From Octopus sinensis (Eukaryota): DNA of 26,949 nt. Positions 20,190 to 26,949 of the stretch are shown in pieces. A program made the position numbers and the translations under genes. The stretch lies in the NCBI RefSeq assembly GCF_006345805.1, contig NW_021834718.1:1-26949 (forward strand), read 5' to 3'. Every line of letters starts with the position of its first letter. Within the stretch, counting starts at the first letter, position 1. Below the pieces are notes generated by a model. That model searched no databases. It was not told the origin of the DNA and saw nothing but the letters and a program-made list of their open reading frames with translations.

Positions 20190-23100
20190 AATCCTTAATC
20201 TTAAAAATGTTTTAGCCCGAAGGCCGCGGCCATGCTGGGGCACCACCGCTGAATGAGCTACACTAGTTTGTGAATCCACCTCTGATACGTGGCACTTGAT
20301 CAACAAGGGAGTTCGATGCTGCTGCCCGCATCCATGTCTCCTGTCGTGAGGTAGGTTCATCTGGGACTCCCAAAGAAGAGATCCAGTTTAGTTTTAAAGA
20401 AACCCACATCCACACCATGTAAGTCTCTCAGGCATTTAGGGAGGATGTTAAAGAGCTGTGGTCCTCTGAAACCCAAGCTGTTGCAGTATCTGGACCTGTA
20501 TTTTGATGGTGATGTTGGAATCCTTGGCAACACGCAGCGGTGCCCGTTCTGCGGTTGGAGTAACTTTGAATGCCAAAGTTTGGGACAAAGACCCTCCAGG
20601 ATTTTCCAGATGTATATCACTGCATATCTCTCTCCCGCCTCCGCTCCAGGGAGAGAAGGTTTAATACCTTCAGTCTTTCCCAGTAGCTGACATTTTGCAT
20701 TGAGACGATTTTCTTTGTGTAGCTTCTCTGAGTTGCTTCGAGTTCTGCTGTTTGTTTTATATGTTGTGGTGACCAAAGTTGGGAGCAGTAGTCCAAGCGG
20801 CTGAGGACAAATGTTTTCCATAGGACCATCAGTGTCTCCTTCTCTTGTTCTGAAAGTTTCGGAGAATCCATCCAGCTAGCCATCTGCATTTTATCACCAG
20901 ATTAGCAATATGCATTGGAAAGATGCATCATTGCTCATGTCAATGCCCAGGTCACGCACTGATTTTGACTCAGGGATTGCAATTCTTCCTGGGCCAGTGT
21001 ATCCAGTCTTCACGTCATTTACCTTTGTGTGCCAGTAGCGCAGGGCCTGGAACTTACCTGCATTAAACTGCATGTTGTTGTCCTCAGCCCACCTGTATAT
21101 TGTGTCCAGCTCATGTTGCAGATGCGCAATATTTTCAGGGTTTTGTATTGCGTGGGAGACTTTTGTGTCATCTGCATAGCTAGCAAGGGTGGTCATCGTA
21201 GCAACTGAAGGCATGTCTGAAAGGGCCACTATGAGCATCAGTGGCCCAAGACAGTGCCCTGTGGGACACGCTTGTTATTTGCGTTTCCCTGGAGGTGGCT
21301 CCATTGCTCACAACTGCCTGTTTTCTGTCTTTTAGGAAGTTGTGCAGCCACTCTCCAAGTTTCCCGCCTATGCCGAGACCACGCAGTTTGTGACAGATCA
21401 TACCATGGTCGACTTTATCAAAGGCTTTTGCAAAGTCAAGATATATACACATTTAGTAGCTGTTCAACACCCAGTCATAGTGTTGCAGGAGCTGTGTTAG
21501 GCAGCCTCTACCTGGTCGAAATCCATGCTGGGTGTCAGACAGTAAGTCATTTTCTTCAAGGAACATGATTAGTTTCTTACTGGACTATTCGTTCCATGAC
21601 TTTGCTGATGTGTGAGGTCAGAGAGATAGGCTATAATTTTTAGCATCTGCTCTGCCTACCTCCCTATGGATAGGGCATATTACCCCCTCTTTCAGTTGAC
21701 TGGGAGCTTACCACTTGCAAGAAGCTCTGAAAAAGAAGCTGTAGCGGTTTTGCAAGGGCTCGTTTGCACGATTTGAGAAGGATTGCTGGGAATCATCAGG
21801 TCCAGCAGCTGAGTTTGTGTCAATCTCATCAATGGCTAGTGTGATATCATCTTCTTCGATGTTGATGTACTCAATTTTGTGTCTCTTTGGCCGCTGGTAA
21901 AGTGGCAAAGAATTCTTCTGGGTTGTTTACTTGCCTGTGTCCTAGAGGTGTATGAACACACTTTGGAACTGTTCGTTCAGTATATTCACTTATCCTCGTG
22001 GGATTTCCTGTGAGAGAGCCATCTTTTTGGAAGAGAGGTCCTATTCTCTGGTGCACTGTGGCTGTCTCTTTGGCAAACTTAAAGAAAGCTTTAGGGTTTG
22101 ATTTTATATTTTCTATTACCCCAAGCTTCTTTATCTGCTCTCTCCTTTTCATGGGACCTGATGTAGACTTTTCTCAGTTTCCATTAGCATTCTTTCGAGC
22201 CGAGACTTCTCACCACTTTTGGTGTGCTTGCTCAGGCGGTTTGCAATCCTTGTCCGTCGTCTCATAAGAAGCCTCCCTTCTCTAGGGATCCTGTTTTGTT
22301 CTTGTGTGTGCTGGCCCTGCACATTGGGACATATTTGTCACATATGGCTTGTATTATGGACATGAAGTTTTGTGTTTCATGTTTATGTCCGGTGTGGAGA
22401 GACATTCAGGCCAATCCTGTTTGAGGATCTCTTTCTCAATCGACTTCCAGTTGGCTTTATGAAAGTTTAAGTTGGAGAGATGGTGGGTGCTTCGTATAGG
22501 CTGTGTGTCTGCGGGGGCTTTTGTTCCATACATAGACAGCTCTATTATGTTGTGATCCGAGATCATTGTCGGCATCACATTAACATTATGGATAATATCC
22601 ATATTGTTTGTGAAGCAGAGATCCAGTATTTATCTGCCCTGTTGGTTGCAGAACTATTTGCTCCATGAAGAGGCATTTGTGAGATGGAGCAGGGACTCCA
22701 CCTGTGCTGCTGATGGTGTGTCATCCCTGGGAGCATCTGCCCCCCAGGCCATTCCATGGGGAGGTAAAGTCACCCATGAAGAATACACTGTTGTGCTGTT
22801 CAAGGTTGGTGAGGACTTCTCCTATTTTTGTTAGGCAGTCTTCAAACATGCCTGAGTGTTTTGGGGCATCTGGTGGCGATATGTAGTGCATATGACGATA
22901 TTCAGTTGTCTTATGTGTACAATTGAGTTTCACATACTGAGTTTGAATATGACAGCAGGACCTGGGCATGAGGTCATCTCGGATGTACATTGCAACTCCA
23001 CCATGGCTCCTCCCTTTTCTATCTGTGCGTATGACTGCATATTGCGGCATGTGTATTTCTGCATCACCTATATCGGGTCAAGATGCGTTCTGTGAGTGCC

Positions 23101-24080
23101 ATGCATATAGCTTGATTGCATGTCACAAGGTCTCTCAGGAATGAAATTTTCTTTTTACAGTTTCCCCGCAGCAGCCCTCCTACATTCAGTAGAAATATTT
23201 TTGTGGTGTGTGGTTGGTGTCTGTGGTGGCCATCCTGCATCTGTTGGAGGTGGCCTTATGTGGTGGTAGTTCCAGCTTTGTGCTTGTAGCCAGGTCAGCT
23301 GCTGAACAATTTTTTGTGCCATGCACAAAAAAGACTGCTGTTCAGCTGCCGCCCTCTCACATCTGGGTGAAGCTGGCCACCGTTGGGGTTTCCGCGCACC
23401 ACATCTGCATACCGTCTTTCAGTAGTGGTCAGTGCGCTTTTTTCCCTTCTTTAACTTTTGTTTTTTGTTTTTGTTCTCCCTGAGGGAGGGACCTCTGTCT
23501 CGCGTCCGTGCGGTTTGGTAGGGCCTCCGATGTGCAAAGCGACAGTTTGCACCTTCAACGCCTACCAGCAGTCCCCCCTCAGGTAGAATTTGCAGGGTTT
23601 CTTTCCCTGCCCTTACAGTTTTTGCTGGGGTCCTCTGCTTTCTCTGGACAGGGCTTCCTTTAGCCTTGATTCTGTCACCCTTTACCTCCTGCTTCCCATC
23701 AATTCCAGGGGGCCTTTCCTTTCTTGCGGCCATCGCACCTCTTTGGTCTTCAGTTGTGGTGTTGGAAGCTGGACATGTGTCATCGTTTCCCTGTGTTCCA
23801 GGCTTCTCCATTTGTCTCTGGATGCTTTCCTCATCCTTTTGGCCCTCCCTGCTGCCGTCACCTCCCAGGATGATGTCCAGGGTGTCCACATGTTGCTGAT
23901 TAGAGCGTACGAACGGATAACTTCTCTCTTCTTTTGCTCTATCTGGGCGGTGGTTCTCGAAAAATTGTTGCTTTTCAGCGCCGCAGCAATAATGTCGTTC
24001 GGCGAGTCGTCCTCAGCGATCCTCCAAGCGCGACGAACAATTGCACCTCTCTCGCAGACCAGTTTCTTGCCATTTTCTTC
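20190..24080 (-). mobile_element. CR1/L2-group LINE copy 2, near full length and heavily frameshifted
   Basis: ORF1 (~23200-24073) with CCCH finger, APE (MGDF, ISDHNII), RT (CIYLDFAKAFDKVDH, YADDTKV), 3' stem-loop and TTAAG(G)A-type tail. Confidence 0.92.
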
Positions 24081-24084
24081 TAGT

Positions 24085-24890
24085 GAAATATAGGAACAGA
24101 GAGAGAGATAGAGAAGGAGAGATATGGAGAGGGAGAGAGAAAGGAGAAAAGCCAGGGGGGATAGAGAGAGACGAGGGGATTGTCCTGAGAGAAGAGAGAA
24201 AGAGAGAAAATAAGAGGGAGGAAAAAAGAGAAAGGTGAAAGAATGGCAGGTCAGCAGGGGGAGAGTGAGCGGGATAGAGGTGTAGTAGAAAGGGACAGGG
24301 TGGAAAAGTGAGACAAGAGGGTGGACCCTAGGGGGAGCAGGGAGAAGAAAGGCGGAGAGAGATAAAATGGAGAGGAGAGAGAGATGAAATGGAGAGGGAG
24401 AGATAGAGAGGGCAGGATAGAGGTACCAGGGAGTGAAGTAAAGGGACAGAGAGTGTGGTGTGGAGGAAGGAGACAGAGAGGAAAAAAGAGACAGGGGGTG
24501 GTGAGCCTTAGAGGGAACAGGGAGAGGAAGGTAGGAGAGAAAAAAGGGGGAAGAGGAAGAGAGGGGGCGCAACAGAGTGTAGTAAAGGGACAGGGAGGGT
24601 GGTGTAGAGAAAGAAATAAGGGGACAGAAGGGAAGAGGAAAAGGGGTTTGACCTGTGAAGGAGTGGAGAGGAAGAGGCAGAGAGAGGGAGGGGGGAGTAA
24701 ACAGAGAGAGAGAAATGAGTGAAGTTGAGGAAACTGAGAGAGGGGGTGAGGTGAGAGAAAGTTGATCTGAGAGAGATGCAGAAAGAGAAACGATTGCAGA
24801 GGAGAGAGAGGGAGGAGGGGGGAGGGGGAGAGTGAGAGCGGAAATAGAGGGTCTGGTGGATGGGGAGACAGAAAGGTATAAACTGTATGA
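24085..24890. repeat. GA-rich low-complexity polypurine tract
   Basis: Directly visible. Confidence 0.92.
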
Positions 24891-25192
24891 GAGAAATAGA
24901 AATGTAAGAAAGAGAGGGAGAGATTATAAAGATAGAATAGCGCGTATTTTTATATCTTTTTAATTATTATTTTCTGTTTGAAAGAACACTAATGATAACA
25001 AATAATAAAAATGTATTGAGAGAGATAGAAATAGAAATGTAAGAAAGAGAAGGAGAGAGTGTGTGGCAGGTACGGGGGACGAAATTATAAAGATTATAAA
25101 GATAGATACCGCGTATTTTTATATTTTTATATCTTTTTTTTTTTTTAATTATTTTCTGTTTGAAAGAACACTAATGATAACAAAATAAATAA
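24891..25192. repeat. Imperfect tandem duplication (~130 and ~170 bp units)
   Basis: agaaatagaaatgtaagaaa...attataaagataga...cgcgtatttttata...ttctgtttgaaagaacactaatgataacaaa occurs twice. Confidence 0.85.
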
Positions 25193-25727
25193 TATCTTCC
25201 TTACCTGGCTGAGAGAGTACTTACGTGATCCTTTTTATAAGAAAGGAAGATAGATAGACAAGACAGACCTTTTATATTCCCCAAGCGCACTTTGTAAACA
25301 CAAGGGATTTGAGTTTCGATTTAGCACATGCAACAGTTTGACGATACTTTCGTATTTTCCTAAGCGATTTGGTATTAAGCAGCAAAATTTTCAGAGGCTT
25401 TTTCAGAACACGCAGATATACATCAAAAACGAAAATATCCTTCTCAAAAATACTGTGTCTTTGTTGATTCACAGACGAAGAATAAAATTCACTTCGATTT
25501 CGGGAGTAACCACGTGCGTTTAACACGTGTATTCGCGAGTATGTTCTAGTTGCAAATACTATATCAAAAGCGAAAATATTCTTCTCAAATACAGTGACTT
25601 GTTGTACTATCACTTATATTCGCTTTGCAGACAATTTCGCTTCTGATAACATCGATCTCTGGAAGGACTTCTTTAATATTTAGGAGAGGGACACGTTAAC
25701 ACACTTGTTGTTGTTTTCAGCGCCATC

Positions 25728-25803
25728 ATATATATATGTATATATATATGTATATATGATATATATATATATATGTATGTATATATATATGTATATATAT
25801 ATG

Positions 25804-25836
<33 letters not shown>

Positions 25837-25849
25837 GTATATGATATAT

Positions 25850-25906
<57 letters not shown>

Positions 25907-26060
25907 TGTATATGTATCTATATATACTATATATGTATATAGTATGTATTATATATGTATATATGTATGTATATATATGTATATATGTATGTCTATAAAT
26001 ATTATATAATGTATATATATGTATGTATATTATGTTATATATGTATGATAATATATATAT
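25728..26060. repeat. (TA)n/(TATG)n microsatellite
   Basis: Directly visible. Confidence 0.96.
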
Positions 26061-26267
26061 CTCCTGCTGTGAAAACACACGAAACACGAACCTCAGGAGA
26101 AAAAATATCAGCTAAGATATATTTAAGTTTCCGACCTGTGTTTCCTCCTTTCATTGTTTTTTTGCAAGTATTATTATCACCATCAAGCCTTATTGTTTCC
26201 CCTTTTATTATCGTTATCGTTGTCTTTCGTCTCAAATGCTAGCTGAAGCATTTCTCCACAACATATA

Positions 26268-26439
26268 AACTTTCACTCACAGAAACTTATTCACATGACC
26301 GCAAAACATTTCGTCTCAAATCTGGTCTTTCTGTCGCTTAATCTCTACCCCATCTTTCCCAACTTTCACTCACAGAAACTTATTCACACGTCCGCAAAGC
26401 ATTTCGTCTCAAATCTTGTCTTTCTGCCGCCTAAATCTC
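26268..26439. repeat. 93-bp period tandem duplication
   Basis: aactttcactcacagaaacttattcaca...catttcgtctcaaatct.gtctttctg at 26268 and 26361, with a partial third copy at ~26225. Confidence 0.9.
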
Positions 26440-26460
26440 ATCCTTCCCAGTGAGCGGTTC

Positions 26461-26605
26461 TCCCGCCCTCCCGCCCCCTCCACCTGTACCGGAAGTCCTT
26501 ATCTCAGCTTGTCTTCCTTTGCTTTTCTTCCATGAACACCTAAAGGCCTTAAGCCAATACCATCCCTTCTATATAAGGTGGTGAACATACGGCGCAAAAC
26601 ATCAT
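26461..26605 (+). promoter_or_regulatory. Candidate Pol II promoter motif cluster
   Basis: GC boxes CCGCCC at 26463 and 26471, ETS site CCGGAAGT at 26489, CCAAT at 26554, TATATAAG at 26570, and a CA dinucleotide at 26600-26601, about 30 nt after the TATA. Motif evidence only. Confidence 0.4.
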
Positions 26606-26669
26606 AGTGTAGTGTAACAGGTTGAACTAAAGATCATTGCTTTGCTTATGAATTCTGCCAAATGCAAGC

Positions 26670-26949
26670 TTTCTTCTTTCAGGTACATGACGCCACTGCT
26701 CCCCGTCCCTGGGCCCTAGGGGCCCATACCTTCCAACCCTCAGGGTGGGGCACCCTCAACGTTGGCCCACCTGAAAGGTAGTCTGGCGAGATAGTTGAGA
26801 TGCTTGAACGGAGATGTGTTGATTGTATGTTGCATGCAAGAAATAAGGTGAAGGGAGGATCTGCTAGGTTCCTCACAGGGCAAGGAACACAAGTACAAGA
26901 TTTTCTGGGCAGGGACACTGACGGGGTTGGTGGCGTGGGTATACTTATC
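26670..26949 (+). mobile_element. 5' part of an RTE LINE (APE endonuclease N-terminus), running off the right edge
   Basis: With frameshifts it reads LRVGTLNVG...GEIVEMLERRCV..CMQEIR.KGGSARFLTG...YKIFWAG...GVGGVGILI. Confidence 0.88.

Noticed and set aside
20190-24080. Programmed frameshifting to explain the many frame changes in LINE copy 2 and the RTE at 26670
   Set aside because: The indels are numerous and scattered, consistent with neutral decay or long-read consensus error.
23682-24722. 296-aa minus-strand and 112-aa plus-strand ORFs
   Set aside because: They mostly translate the GA/TC low-complexity tract. Only the part overlapping LINE ORF1 is meaningful.
25191-25210. cttacctggc resembling the U1 snRNA 5' end
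   Set aside because: There is no downstream U1 body or Sm site. It is simply the reverse complement of a splice-donor consensus.

Overview
Eukaryotic, repeat-saturated non-genic DNA. No host protein-coding gene, rRNA, tRNA or CRISPR array is supported. The SINE and RTE families and the long (TA)n/(TATG)n tracts resemble Octopus repeats; this taxon call is inference from recalled sequences. Contents: two same-strand copies of a CR1/L2-group LINE with a CCCH-finger ORF1 (4.9-8.3 kb and 20.2-24.1 kb, minus strand), four RTE-clade LINE pieces from two families, two SINEs, a solo LTR, a small pogo/Tigger-like MITE and long microsatellites, which produce all the Y/I/C/M-rich ORFs in the track. The centrepiece is a ~9.3 kb, very AT-rich Penelope-like retroelement (PLE, 8268-17566). 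It has a decayed RT + C-terminal GIY-YIG ORF, ~500 bp terminal direct repeats (pseudo-LTRs) that each carry a hammerhead-ribozyme-like core with an unusually long stem II, and a 5' inversion whose breakpoints fit twin priming. The window also holds two LINE-SINE pairs with shared 3' stem-loops and an RTE/CR1 chimera. All alignments and coordinates were made by eye and element boundaries may be off by a few bases.
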